Source: Glaucostegus cemiculus
Lineage: Eukaryota
Assembly: GCA_976551045.1 (NCBI GenBank)
Contig: CDPCPM010000060.1
Span: forward strand, 3,658,001-3,722,000
DNA: 64,000 bases
Reading direction: 5' to 3'
Below, one piece after another: positions 1 through 13,405 of the stretch; the stretch's first letter is position 1; each line of letters opens with the position of its first letter. A model generated the notes under the pieces. It saw nothing but the letters and a program-made list of their open reading frames with translations. It was not told the DNA's origin and made no database searches. A program made the translations under genes and the position numbers.

Positions 1-2799
1 GGTAGACTACTTGATCCTGGAGGAAGTGCATCTGATTTAGTCTTCACCTGTCATTATCTCATTTCAACAGATGCCATTCACTGGAGACCAATCATGTGGA
101 GGCTGAATATATCTTGCTCTTATTAGGATATGGGTCCTAAACATGTTAACAGTGAACGTATCCAGTTGAAAGTATAGATTGTAATACCTTGCTAGAACAG
201 CAGTCAATAATTTAGACTTTGCTTTGGACCTATCCTCATGTATAATTTTCTTTAGGGGTAATGCACTTGTTAATAAGTTTCCATATTTTTTATGGATGTT
301 AATTGCAAGCACGTTTAACTAATTAGAAGTAATTTTATCAAACCTCCAGTAAATTTGTTAAGGATCACATTCAAATAGTGTAGACTGAACATCTTGCAAA
401 TCCATTAACCAATGAAAGCCTTAGATCAGCAGGTGGGATTTGGATTGTTACTGTCTGATAGAACATTCAGCAACAACAGCTATTACAGTGACCTTGGAAG
501 CATTGCCACTAAACAAGCTGTTTCTCTTCAATTTGACATTTTCTTTCGCTTGTTAAACCTTGCCTTCGTAAGACAGTTCCGGCTGTTTTGTTCAAGTGAA
601 ATTGGTTTTATGTTTCATCCCACCTCCCCACCCCCAACTCTTTGTTAGACAGCAGGAAGAAGGGAAGAGCAGAGGAAAGGTTGGCCTCATTTATAATGGT
701 TGTATATTGTTTGAAGTTTGACACGCATTTTCCGCATACACCTTCTCTATATGACCAGCCTGTTTAAGTGGTCAGCCTGAATGGTTTGCACTCTAGGCAT
801 GCCAGCTATTTCACTGTCTGCCATGCATCGTAATGAAGCACAATTGCAGCATTTATAAAATCTTAATTTACTGAATAGGGGGTAACAGCATATGGGAGCT
901 TTGACAATAGTCAACTGATGCTGCCACAAAAGAATTCCAGTGTTCATTTCCTTTTTTAAAAAAAAATCAATGAAATTAGTCATAATGGCTCAGCTGTCCT
1001 GACTAAAAGGATGATAAGATAATACAGTTCTTTGTGATGTTTTTACACTCAATTCTTTTATCTTTATTATTAACTTGGGACTCATCAAAGAGGAACAAAA
1101 ACATATTTTATAAACTATGTGCTTCCAACTCAGATTGGGATAAGAGGAGAGTGGAGGGGGAGGTGATGGTGGGTGGGGTAACAGGGAGTTAATAGAATCC
1201 CATTACCACTCATCAGAAAAAAAGGCTTTTATCTTTGCAGGCCAATTTGATTGTGTCTTTTTTCAGGGCTTATTTTTTCTGTTGACTTTTGCTGCCTTTC
1301 ATAGCTGCTACTTGTGGCATTTGAAAATAGGCTGAATCAAAAACAAAGTAGCAGCAAAGCAAATGCTAAATGCCGGCCTGGTTCCCTCTGAAGTGCAGAC
1401 ATCATAACCCATCAGACCTGTCGATCAGACTTTGCTGTCTGTCATACTATTGTCACTGAGTCACCTCTGGCCAGCAGAGAGATCAAATGCATCTCCGTCA
1501 CATGGACATTATTAGCTCTTAAATGGAGAACCTCACAATGTGCCAAGAAATGGCCAAAATGAAAATATGCAGCTGTTTATAGAAGTACTCATATTTGATA
1601 ATATTAGCTTGTTCCTCTAGCTGACAGAAGCCAGAATAATTGTACATACTTTTACATTCTATAGTCTAGGGTGCAGTTTATTTGCATGTTTGCTTCTCCT
1701 GGAACTTTATCGATTTAATCAGGCAGTCACAGAAAATAATTTATTTCATGTCCTTTCTTTACTGATGTTAATTTTGGTAAAGTGCATTTGTGCAGTGAAA
1801 TGGAACTTTTTATTTCTAGACTTCACTCTGTAGCAGCATTGGATACTCCCAGGCTAGGTACAGGGCAAAGTAAAGGACATTCCCAGCAATGCAGGTTAAC
1901 CTCCAGTCACCAAAGCATCCTCCTATTGTGCCACTGTGACATTAATCCTAACCTTTTGGGTTTTCTCAATGATTCCACCAGTTTCATGCCAGTTGAACTA
2001 TATTTGTCAAAGCACCATTAAGAGCACCCTGTTCCTGAAGTACCCAAGAGTGGGTGACCAATATCATTTGGCAGTGATGAGCAGGAAGGGGAAGAAACAC
2101 CATGAGCAACTTCTCACAGAAAAGTGAGATGAAAGCTCAGAAACATATGGAGCAGTGAGTCTGCCAGGGGCCATAGGTGACAGGGATGTGTGGCACAGCC
2201 TGCCTTAGAATCACCATTTGAATATTATTATCATAGGAGGGTGACACTGAAAAATTCTCAGTTTCCTATGTCATAATGTCTTTGGCCCAATGCAATCCCA
2301 GCAGCTTTTGACAGTAATAACAACTTGTGCCAAGAGTGCTATGTTTGGTCTCACTGTACTTCATACTTCAATTTAACTAGCAGATGGGATCATCCATCCC
2401 TGCATATCTCTTACTGTCAGGTCAGGATAGATTGATTCTATGGGCAGCCAGCAATTTACTGTGCACTGACATTTACTCTGCCATCCAGTTAACGTCTTGC
2501 AATCTGGTAAAAGTCTTGACAAAGCTTGGGGTTGAAAGCAGGTGATTTTTTGTGCCTGTGACTATAACTTCTCAGCTGAGGTTCATAGAGCTAGTGCACC
2601 ATTTTTCAAGGATAGAAAAAGACCAAATCTAACTTACCGGAATTTTAGCATTAATGCAATGTGCCTTCAGTGCATAAATCCAACAACAAGATTTTAGAGT
2701 AAAACTAAGTGATCTACATCAATGTAAGAATGGAGAAGCCACAAAGAAGTGAGTGGACCTGCACTAGTAAAATTGCACATCAAATAGTTAATGAGGCTT

Positions 2800-2925
2800 T
2801 CACGGAGAGAGCAACAGTTAACACTTCCGGTCAATGACCATTCTGATGACCATGCCTGATCTGCTGTAAATCCCTAACATTTTTGTTTCAAATTTCCAGT
2901 ATCTGCAGTGCTTTTTGCTCTTCAG
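2800..2925. mobile_element. Decayed Penelope-like terminal repeat fragments, head-to-head
   Basis: ggagagagcaacagttaacacttccggtcaatgacc (one orientation) followed by tctgatga...gcctgatctgctg...tttccagtatctgcag (the other). Same motif family as 37350 and 62230. Confidence 0.55.
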
Positions 2926-4684
2926 TAAAAATAGCTTGTTGATCTTTTTGATAACCTCTTAAGATCTCTCTCTGTCTCTCTCTTTATTTCAGTAGTTCTT
3001 TATATCTTTCACATTTTTTTCTCTGTATATGTTGAATACTACAATAGTCATTTCTCATCAAAGCTTCCCTGTGCTGTTTCCTTCAGTTCTGTTCTTCTGC
3101 CATTGCACCAGTAGTGACAAAATCAACCATCTCTTCCCCAAAACTCGTTCTCTTTCTCAAATATGTGTAACTTATGAATCTTTCTGTTTACTTTACTTCC
3201 TGTAATTTATATGTTTTTAGATGCAGAGATTATTATTGGCTTATCATTGCTTTCTGATTTTTGCAGCTTTAACAAAAACGTATCTAAAATTTGCCCCATT
3301 TTTTTAAATGACCATTGTCTTGACAAAGTAGAAGAAGAGAATCTTTCTATTTTTACAAATGTATGCATACTCTACTGACAGCCAGGGAGTGAATGACAGT
3401 TTGTAATAAAGTTTGAGAGTGGCTAACGTATCAGCATATTTTGAATGCCATTGTTACCCGTGGCTTAGCATTCCTTGGGTGGTGTACATAGAGTTGTAAA
3501 TAAAGTTTTTTTTGTAAATAATATAGACCACAATCTGTTAATTTAGGATAAAATAATTGCCTAGGTCTTTCAGGAAAGGTAATGTATAATGACATGACAT
3601 GACCCTTTCAGGTGCTTCTGAAAGGGTGGATGCTACATTGTTTTTAGTAGCAGAGGCTTTCTGTAAATTGCTGTGAATAGACCCAGCAGCTGACAAGCAG
3701 TATTAAGACAAACTGCCCCTTCTCCGACAGATAAAATAAATCAGGTGTTTAGACAAATTAAAATACTTCTGCTGAACCAGGCTCTTGGGAGCACTGATCC
3801 ACCTGACAAATCCAGGAGAAACTCAAGACAGATGTGCCTTGATATTATTTTAAGGACCTGGAGAAAAACTTAACACTTGAAGTGCCATTTCAATCTCTAT
3901 CTGTCCTCCCCCACTGTTTCCCACAGGAAATATATTTCTCAGAGCAGATGGGAATCCCCAGCTCTGCACTGCCTTTAATATAGAAAGATTGTTGAGCATT
4001 AAATGACTTGTTAATGTACAAATTCAGATGCAAAACCAAGCATTGTCCAAAGCTGCCAAGTGTGATCCTGAGACAAGTACTGTTAGCTGAGCTGCAACTA
4101 GCTGTGCCAAAGAGGCTAGAGTTCACCCAGAGGTCCAATGCTCAAGGCTTCTCCTCTGAACTCTATGGAAATGTAGATAGGTTGTGAAGAAAGTGGTTGT
4201 TGTGAAGACCTCCCTACCCCCACCCTCAGCTGATAAAAACTTCTTAGGCTGAATATGAAAAACATTAAGATACTGAAAGAGTAATGATACCAATCAAATT
4301 GGGGTGTAGGGGTAATGTTACACTTTTTTCACTTTGCAAATTATACCATCCCACCAATACCCGATGATCTTTAGTTAGATGTCAAGAAATCTGCTTCAGA
4401 TACACTCTTTTACTTCTTTCTGGATTGGCTATTGTTTCTTTTTGACAACGGCACAACCTGGAAGTAAGCAATATCCTGTTCTGAGCCATTGCTACTTGAG
4501 CACCTTGGTGTTGCACTTTAATTCCAAAATATTTTAGCGACCTATGGTCTGAGGATCAGTGAGTGGAATTGAGCTGACTGACAGCTGACAGGTCCACAGG
4601 CCAACAAGGTCTTAGTACACACACTCTGCCACACATAGAAGTCTGATACAAAGCTGAGGTTAAATATTTGAGTACTAAAGCCTT

Positions 4685-4790
4685 ACAGCACAGAAAGAGG
4701 CCTTTGAGCCCACCATGTCCATGAGGGCCAACAAGTGCCTGTGTGTACTAATCCCAATTAAAAGTGTTTGACCCATCGCCTTCTATGCAT
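4685..4790 (-). mobile_element. Short CR1/HER1-type LINE 3' end
   Basis: cagcacagaaagaggcctttgagcccaccatgtcc...actaatccc matches the tail at 18053. Confidence 0.55.
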
Positions 4791-5451
4791 TTTGCTGACA
4801 CACTTGGCCTTGCATTCAACTATTGGACTCCCCACTGAACCCAGTGATGATGTACTGTTGGACTGATGGGAGGATCTCGGTGCTCTTCACATCTGATCCC
4901 TTGCCTTGATGTCAAGGTCTGGTGAAGGAATAGAAAATCCATTCATTTGAATGGGAATGCCAACCCTATGGAAACAGGAAAGAGTTTGAGTTATTTTACT
5001 TCATTTAAATGTTTTAATTATTCCTAAGATATTTTCTAGTTTAATAGTTTTTTAAAATTCATTAAATCTATTTCAAAAAAATTTAAGTGTCTATCAGAGG
5101 CAAATTAGAAACTTCTCAAAAGTTCCTGACAGCATCACGCTGTTGAAAGCTAACAGGGTGTTCCACAGCAGAGCTTCAGTATGCATTGCCTTCTTGGATC
5201 CCACTCTCCCTTTCCAGGCTCGTCATGATGTGGAGGGTCAGCTCCATTTGCCCTCCGTATCTGGAGAACATAAGACCAATTGGGCTGGTACCACAGATGA
5301 TGAGTCTGGCAGTGGCTGGGTCCTGCACTGACTGACCAATATCTAACAGATGGCAGTCTGTGGAGACATCAGATGTGCTGATAGGATTAGATGAGGTAAG
5401 GTAGGAGGAGGTTTGTGTAAAGCATAAACACTGGCACAGACTAGATGGATG

Positions 5452-5724
5452 AGTGTAGTGGTTAGCGTAACCGCTATTACAGCGCCAGCGACCCGGGTTC
5501 AATTCCAGCTGCTATCTATAAGAAGTTTGTACATTCTCTCTGTGTCTGCATGGGTTTCCTTCGGGAACTCCAAAGATGTACGGGTTAGGAAGTTGTGGGC
5601 ATGCTACATTGGCACCGGAAGTGAGGAGACACTTGCGGGCTGTCCCCAGAAGACTCTATGCAAAAGATGCATTTCACTGTATGTTTCAATGTACATGTAA
5701 CTAATAAAGATACCTTGTCTTGTT
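5452..5724 (+). mobile_element. tRNA-derived V-SINE, young family, copy 1
   Basis: A-box tagtggttagc, B-box gggttcaattcc, V domain with a short internal deletion, tail gtacatgtaactaataaag. Flanked by a tggatg direct repeat (5446-5451, 5725-5730), a likely TSD. Confidence 0.9.
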
Positions 5725-6462
5725 TGGATGTAAAATCTACATAAATTATATAGATTTTACTTAAAGGTGTCACAGGGAAATCGTGCCTGTACCACCGTTA
5801 ATCCTAAACATCGCATTAATGATGAAATAATTTCAATTGTGGAAAAAACTCTGAACAATTGAATGGGCAAATAGTGTAAATGGTCCATTGGGAATAACCA
5901 GGAAATAGCTGAAACAGAGGACGCTGAGTGATACAGAAAGGAAAGACTTCACCAGCTTTGTTTTGATCTTTTTTATTGTGACAGCAACTGTACTCTTATG
6001 TCAAAGCCAGTTTGATATAAAGTAGTTCCAGGTTTTTTTCTGCATTCATGAAGGATGTACAGCACATCAACAAGTGTCATCCTCACAATCTGATTCCTGT
6101 GGGACTTGTTTCCTAAAAATTGTCGAAAGATTAGTGTCTGATGCTGCTGCTTGCAGCCTGTGATATTGCTTGTTGAGTTATTTATTTCAATCCCTATTTT
6201 ATGAAGAATTAATGAAATGTAGGATTAAAACAGTCTTAATTCTTGAATGTTGATGAAGAGGGTGAAGTATTGTTGATTCATAATGGAATGAGTATTATTT
6301 CCTTTTATCACATTAAGTAATAACTATCTACACATTCTCCACAGGCTTTGGGTGTGTCAGATGTTAATTTTAAAGCCACTGTTGGGTAATATTTGGGAGA
6401 AGACTCTCAGTAATCTGAAATGATTCAATTAGACTGGCATCATTAGTGAGCAGAATGTATTT

Positions 6463-6705
6463 ACAAGAACATAAGAAGATAGGAGTAGGAGCAGGAGCAA
6501 GAAATCTGGCCCATCAAGTCTTCTCCCTCCATTCAATATGATCATGACTGATCTGCCCCAGGCCTTATCTCCTCTTTTGTGTCAAATCTCCAGAACCCTC
6601 AATTTCCTGATCTTTCAAAGATTTAATTACCTCCTTAAATACCTCAGAGTGATCTAGCTTCCACAACCCTGCAGGATAGAGAATTCACCACCCTCTTCAA
6701 GTACA
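6463..6705 (-). mobile_element. CR1-type LINE 3' fragment
   Basis: agaacataagaagataggagtaggag...ccattcaatatgatcatgactgatctg...tagagaattcaccaccctc is a typical antisense CR1 3' end. Confidence 0.7.
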
Positions 6706-7619
6706 GGATCTGCATCAGCTTTGGGACATGCTAACACATCAAACTTTTTCATTGACTCCAGCTGATGAAAATTTAATAAAATAAAGAACAAAGTAATACT
6801 CTTCATTTTGGAGCCTTTTGACAAGACATGTGTTAGTAACCTGGGTTGGGTGAGTCTGAGGACTGAGTGAAAGCAAAGTCCACTGTTCTCCATGGTCGTA
6901 ACCTTAGGTTGTCAGTAATACATTTATATCTTGACCCATTCTGTTTTAGTGTGCATCCCTTAACATAGAAAATAAAAATCTCAACTTCATATTTAGATGA
7001 TTTCCAATAGGGCTATTGTATCACTGGAGTTTCTTTCCTTCGGGAGCCATTTGTAGCTCATTTGGTAGCAAATGTGACAACCAGTGAGCTAACTAAAGAG
7101 GTGCCCTTGTCATGTTTTAATTTTTGAGACAGAATCTTGGAAATGGGCAGTGATCACTCCTGACACAACAGATATAATCTTTTGCAATTTTTTTACAGTG
7201 GGCCTGATTTTTGAATCTGTTTAAGATGCAGCCTGTGTATAAAAAATCCAGCCAATATCGGTGGTCTTTTATTTTGTATTTTTCCTCTCCCAACTTGACC
7301 CTAATTTTCCTTCTGACCCATTCTAGATTGAGATATCCATGTCCAGGCATTGACATTATGCAACCCATTTAACTTCACAGCTGAACTTGATCCTGCTCTC
7401 ACTTCATGTACACTTGCCAGCAGTAGGAATAGATAGCAAGGGATCAGCAACAGGAGCCATGCCTAATATCTATTCTGGTTTTTTCATGCCAAGTGTTGTC
7501 AGGTCAATCACAGCACCCTTACTGGTAGCTCAGTTGGAATTATCTAACTTAGTATTGGTGGAGAATAGTATTTTTTGCCTGCCTGGTATTGGGTTAGTTC
7601 TGCACCGTGTAAGGATATC

Positions 7620-7968
7620 CCAATGCCCTATACAGCTGATGAAGTACTTCTGAAGTGTGTTCACAATTAAAATGTAAGAAAGACAACAGTCAATTTGTTG
7701 ACAGCAAGTTCCCACAAATATCAGAGTGATGTTGACTAAGGGCCAAAAATTGGCAACACCAGGGATAACTCTTCTGCTCTTCTTCAAAATTGTGCGAGAG
7801 AATTGTTTGTGTTTAGGAGAGACAGGACCTCAAATTTACAACACATCTGACACACTGCATTCCTTTAGTAATGCATTGGAGTATCAACCTAGACTTTTGT
7901 ACTCAAGTCTCTGGAAAGGGAGGTGAAACCTCAACCTCCTTAGAAGCAAGAGTGCTACCAACTGACCT
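7620..7968 (-). mobile_element. Deu-domain SINE (SacSINE1/AmnSINE1-like), decayed
   Basis: gcattggagtatcaacctagacttttgtactcaagtctctgga is the reverse complement of the Deu-SINE segment seen at 27128. Confidence 0.7.
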
Positions 7969-8159
7969 ACAAGTGGCTCCAGGAGGAAAGAAACTCTGAT
8001 GGTGCAGTACTCATATTACAAACTTGGTGGGGCGGACTTTTTCCTAGCTGTCTTGACTGACTATGGTCTTCACCCCAAATTACATGAATGCCACATAATT
8101 CCCATGATTTCAAACAGATCCCTTGTTGCTCTAACAAGGGATGCCTCCCTTGTCGGGCA

Positions 8160-8442
8160 GGCATGATAGCAGAGTGGTTAGCATAATGCTTTACAGCGCC
8201 AGCGACCTGGAGTCAAATCCGGACACTGTCTGTAAGGAGTTTGTATGTTCTCCCTATGTCTGTGTGGGTTTCCTCTGGGTGTTCCGGTTTCCTCCCACAT
8301 TCCAAAGACCTACAGGTTAGGAAGTTATGGGCATGCTGTGTTGGTGCCAGAAGCGTGGCGACACTTGCGGGCTGCCCCCCAAAATCACTACGCAAAAGGT
8401 GTATTTCATGATGTACATGTGACTATTAAAGATCTTATCTTA
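8160..8442 (+). mobile_element. tRNA-derived V-SINE, copy 2
   Basis: Full head, V domain gtgggtttcctctgggtgttccggtttcctcccacattccaaagac, tail gtacatgtgactattaaagatcttatctt. Confidence 0.92.
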
Positions 8443-10339
8443 ATGTTGTGAGCGGAGTGCGGAGTGGTGCAGAAAGGGAAAAGGATAAGGAGGTGACATG
8501 AGGATTTAACTATTGAAGCTATTGAAATCTCCTTCATAGTTATCATGTTCAAGCAGCAATACACATGGCACATTGATGGCCAGTGCAGAAAGTACACCGG
8601 GCTTCACATTCACATATTGCTTTGAAGAAATGGCTGGTAAGATTTCTGTGGGAAGCATGTCTATGTTAAACATGCTCCCAAAAATGGCATTAGAGAGGGT
8701 GAGCTATTTAGAACAGAAGGCCTGGGTTCCCCTGTTCCTGTCATAAATTAGTTAGAGCTTGTAAGGTTTCAAAATTGGAAGGACACAGGGTCTGCCTTAA
8801 TTTCCTGCCCATCAGTCCCAGTACAGCAGAAGTCTGTCCCATAAGGTAGTAATTTGTTCTGTATAGTTTGCACTCTCTAATATCTTAAATTGACCATTAT
8901 TTACAGAGAGACAGATAAATGCAAGTAGCGCAGTTTCTAGTGACAATGCTGCTTTAATAACCAATAAATGATTGTGAGTAATCTGTGTGGAGTTATTATA
9001 ATTTAATTACACTAATAAAAAATTGATGGTAATTTTGTAAGCAAGCTGACACATCTGAAAGATTATGCAAAGTAGATCTGAATTTTCTAACTAATAAATC
9101 ATCAATGTAACATAAAGTGGTGTCCAGATATTACTATTGATTCATGCAGAATAATACATGAAGTATAGAATATTGTGATTATGCAGGATATTGTATATTT
9201 TACTGTATTTTTGAATGAGAAAGTAAAGTTGTAGAATGACACCACCAAATACACATCACTCCCACAGTACTGCCATTCCTTTCATCTGTATTGTGACCCT
9301 TCTGCCATGCATTTGCTGAATAACACTTAAAAGAAGTAGGCATTTATAACTGGTTAGTCGTGAAGGGAGAAGCTGTAGTATTTGATATAAAAAAATAAAA
9401 GGGGTTAAAACCATGCAGCATCAATTCGGATAAAAAGAAGCGCTCATGTTTTGGGTGAAACATTCCATTAGATAATACTGAATTGTCCAAATTTAATCTA
9501 ATAGACATTAAATTGGCAGCATATGTCAGCACTGACATCCCTCATGCCAGTCATCATGCAAGTCACCCTGCAAATTTAAATGATAGAAATACACATCAAG
9601 TTCTTGAATTCTCAGATACAACCCAGTCTTATAAACAAAACAAAAGGACAAAACTGGAAGGCTGTGGTATGTCTTGTTCATTTTAGAACATGGTCTCACA
9701 ACTTTATTGCAGCGGTTGCCTTGGAGCTGTTATACATTTGTTTAATTCTTTCATTCATGTGACAGCTGAAGGGAAGGAATGAAGGATTTAGTAAAGTACC
9801 TGTGGAGAATTAAGAATCCCTACATACAATATAGGGAAACATACTGGGATTATGGAATTATTTGTTCTCCCTCAGCAAGAAATCCTTAACAACATCAAAG
9901 ACAATTATTTATCTGGGTTTTCCTGGAAAACAAGATAGCAACTCTTTAAAGGGCACAGTAACCCTGATAGCCCCTAATCTCAAGACATACGCATTCAGTG
10001 GAAGAATTATGTCAGTATCAGATTTCCCTAAATGGAATGTGATATATACATTGCCTAAATTCTTTCTGTACTAATTAGTTACTGATCTCACAATCCCTTG
10101 GTTTATAAAATATGTTACATATATAGATAAATAGAGACAATGTTAAAATAAATTCAAAGTTCTTGTCTTATCCCACAGTCCAGTTGAAAGTTGTAAAGTA
10201 TTTGAGCTTTCTTACAATTTATGATGTGATCTGATCTCTTCAATAAGGTTAATGTCTTTTAATCACTCACAAGGATCTATGGCTCTTTGTATAACATTAG
10301 TACAAAGTGATGAACCTTTGCTGTGTTCCTATATCTATG

Positions 10340-10520
10340 ATGGTTAAATCACCAGTGATTTGCGTGACATATTGAGAAACATTATGACAGCTCTCAGTGT
10401 GTGATAGTAACTTTTTAAGAAAGATTTGACAAGTGTGTTATACCAGTGACTTCATTGGTTGTAAAGGACTTTGGGACATCATAAGAGGTCATTCATAAAT
10501 AGAAATCTTTCTTTCTTTCC
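10340..10520 (+). mobile_element. 3' part of a Deu-domain SINE
   Basis: ttcattggttgtaaaggactttgggacatc...ataaatagaaatctttctttc is the reverse complement of tails at 19520 and 25655. Confidence 0.5.
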
Positions 10521-12654
10521 AGTTCATCTTATCTCTCTTTTGTTTTCTATTTTTGACTGGTAAGTTATCATAGTTGGAATTTTAAGCAATAAGTTTGCTG
10601 ATGTGGGGGAGAAAACATTGCTAGTATTATCATTGTATTTGATCAATCTGAGTAAAAAGTGTGAAATCCTTGACCTAGCTCTTTAGCTTGGAACTGGATG
10701 AAATCTACCAAATCAATCTAGGAATTAAAATATGGCACCTTCAGACAGAAATGACTACAGCATCTGGAACAATCGTTTAATAAATAAAACATAATTAGAT
10801 AGAAATTCAGATTAAGGTAACTGTCCCGATGGCCAATTCCATTTAGCTACCTGTGGTGCTATTCTATGCCAGACGTAGGAGAAAATCCCAAACTGAATTC
10901 TTGGTCCATGCTGATTTGAGTTCTCATCTGCAGTCTCTGTAGGGGTATGAACAATGGCCACAATGAGGCCTGATTGAAGAAGGGTAAAGCTCAGCTAACA
11001 TTCCCATTCATGGTCACTATGATACTTGTGTGCTGGCAAATGCATTAAGCCTCTTAGATGCATTTTAGGTTCAAAACAGAATAATGGCTATTTGGATGAG
11101 GGCCTCTGAGCCGCTGCTGCATTGCCTTGCATTTTACCTTGGCAAAAGCCATCACCTACAGGAGAGAACAACAGTATTATAAACACCACAGTGTCACATT
11201 TCATCTGATGTTGTGGCTTGCCTACACTTTGATGTCCAGGTTTCTGATATCTGAACCTTTTATAACTGCCATTCAACTCACCAACATCTATTATTATGTG
11301 CATAATATCTTTGTTGGACTAGACAAGTACACTTGCCAAATTTCAGCATCAGCCAAGAACATAATGTGCAAAAGCATTTGGTGCAAATCCAGTATTCAAG
11401 ACAGCCTTCAAAAAAAAGCTAACGTTTGTCGACTGAAAGTGGAACAAATTAAGATTGTGAAATGCTAATAGTGAGGATGCTGGTTTGTTTTGTGTGGGGA
11501 GAATGTTTCCGCATACGCTTTATTGTATCTCATTAATGTATCACCTGTGAGTCTTATTCTGCTGTTAACAAAATGACGGAGGAATTGGAAAGATTTGACA
11601 ATACATCTTCTAGCTGCTTTGTATTAACAACTGAGAAATCTTTAGTCTTTTGCTGTAATTCAATATGAAGAAGTGGTATTGTATTCATAGACATTTTAGT
11701 TTCATTTTTTTAATACACCATATGAATTGTACAAATATTGTATCTGAGAGGGGAATCTCTACTTCATTTTCTAAGTCTATTTGATTACCCTTATTAAGAA
11801 ACCATTACTAGTAAGCAGAATTTACCCCAATGGAGTTCAGACTGTTTTAGGAAGATGCTATTATCTTTACTAGACTATTAACTTTGATAGGAGTATTTTA
11901 ACTTTACTGAGTTATCAGGCTTTAATTTTTCTTATAATGTTACGAAAATATTTTACTGTCTTCATCAAATGACCAAGATATATATGCATTCAGTGGTGTG
12001 TGCAAGGTGGGAGAGCAAGCCCTTCAATTCCCTAATCATGTGAATATGTGTAGTATATGACCATGGATGTGTGTGCACACATTCATCCCAATATATTAAG
12101 GATGTACGTAAGTTAATTTCCAAAAGGTGGCAAATTTAAAGAATCCAACATATTCCACTTGTATATCAATCAAACAGGTTTCATATTGACAGCCAGTCAT
12201 CCTTCTAGATCCACTGTCCACATGGCCACAAGTGTGTAGGATTTACTCACCTCTTTTCTTAACAATTTCACTCAATGAGCAACCATTATTTAGTGTTTAT
12301 GCATTCATCCAACAGTTTTCCAAGTTATAGTGGGTTTACTGTATGGAGTGAAGTCACTTCTGCTCTCTTTTGATCTACTGTTTACAATATAGGAAATGCA
12401 GATGTCATAAGAAGAACATTGGTTTCTGATTTCTTTTGAGTCCATGTTTAACCTGCTGGAACAAATGGTATTCCTTCTAGAGAGGCAGACAGTTCTAGAT
12501 GCTTGCCACTACCTTGGGCTTTCATGTCACTGCAAACTATTACAATGTACACCATATTGCTAATTTATTTTGCTAATAAAATTTGAATTATTAAGTAATT
12601 TGAATTAAGCAAATTAATTACTTTGTTTGATTTTGATTCAAATCAGCAGATTAA

Positions 12655-12870
12655 CAACAAGTACAACATGCATTTATAAAACAGATTTAGTGAAGAATAA
12701 CAAGGTATTGTACAGAGCAGCAATGGCAAAGCCAAGAAAACAGATTTTATGACTCAAGTGCATGGATTAAAGGGTAGGTTTGAAGGATGGTTTTAAAGGA
12801 GGAGGGGAAGGTAAAGGAATTAAAAATTTATCAAAGCAATTGCAGAATATGGGACTTGGTGCTGTAGGTA
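12655..12870 (-). mobile_element. Old L2-like LINE 3' remnant
   Basis: gtaggtttgaaggatggttttaaaggaggagggg...gcaattgcagaatatgggac resembles an antisense L2 3' end. Confidence 0.45.
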
Positions 12871-12964
12871 GAACCTGCAGAAGTATGGCAAGAGTACAGA
12901 TGGACAAACAAAAAAAGCTAAAGTCAGAGTTTAAAAGATAGTCTAATTAAGAAGGAAAGTAGTC

Positions 12965-13405
12965 TTTAATTTATTTAATTCCTTTCATGGCTCTTTTAAA
13001 CATGGTTCCAAAACCTTTTATAGTAAGTAAAATACTCTTTGAAGTTCTTTGTGACTTCTGTATTGTACAAAGATTGGCAGCCAATTTGCACACTGTAAGT
13101 TCTTACAAAGAGTAAAGTTCGGATTTTTTGTAACAATGTTGACTGAAGGATAAATATTGATCAGGACATGGGGATTATTCCCTTCTCCTACTTAAAACAG
13201 TGCATTGCCATCTTTTATAATCCTCCGAGGTAGTAGACAGAGCTTGGTTTAAGTTTTCCTATGGCACCTCTGACAACGCAACAGTCCTTCAGTACAGTAT
13301 TGGAGTACAAGCCTAAATTTTTGTGTTCAAGTCTTTTGAGCAGGATTTGAACTTGATTCCTTGTGACCCAAATGTACAAAAGCTATCAACTGCATACAGC
13401 TAACA
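12965..13405 (-). mobile_element. Deu-domain SINE, near full length, decayed
   Basis: ggcagccaatttgcacactgtaag...gttgactgaaggataaatattg...ggcacctctgacaacgc...cagtattggagtacaagcctaaatttttgtgttcaagtc. Confidence 0.75.

Noticed and set aside
5452-5515. tRNA gene (also the other SINE heads)
   Set aside because: A/B boxes run straight into SINE bodies, so these are tRNA-derived heads and not tRNA genes.
10523-10559. 37-nt exon-like segment (ttccag ... CTG|gtaagt)
   Set aside because: The acceptor derives from a SINE tail, and the body is pyrimidine low-complexity and not a multiple of 3.
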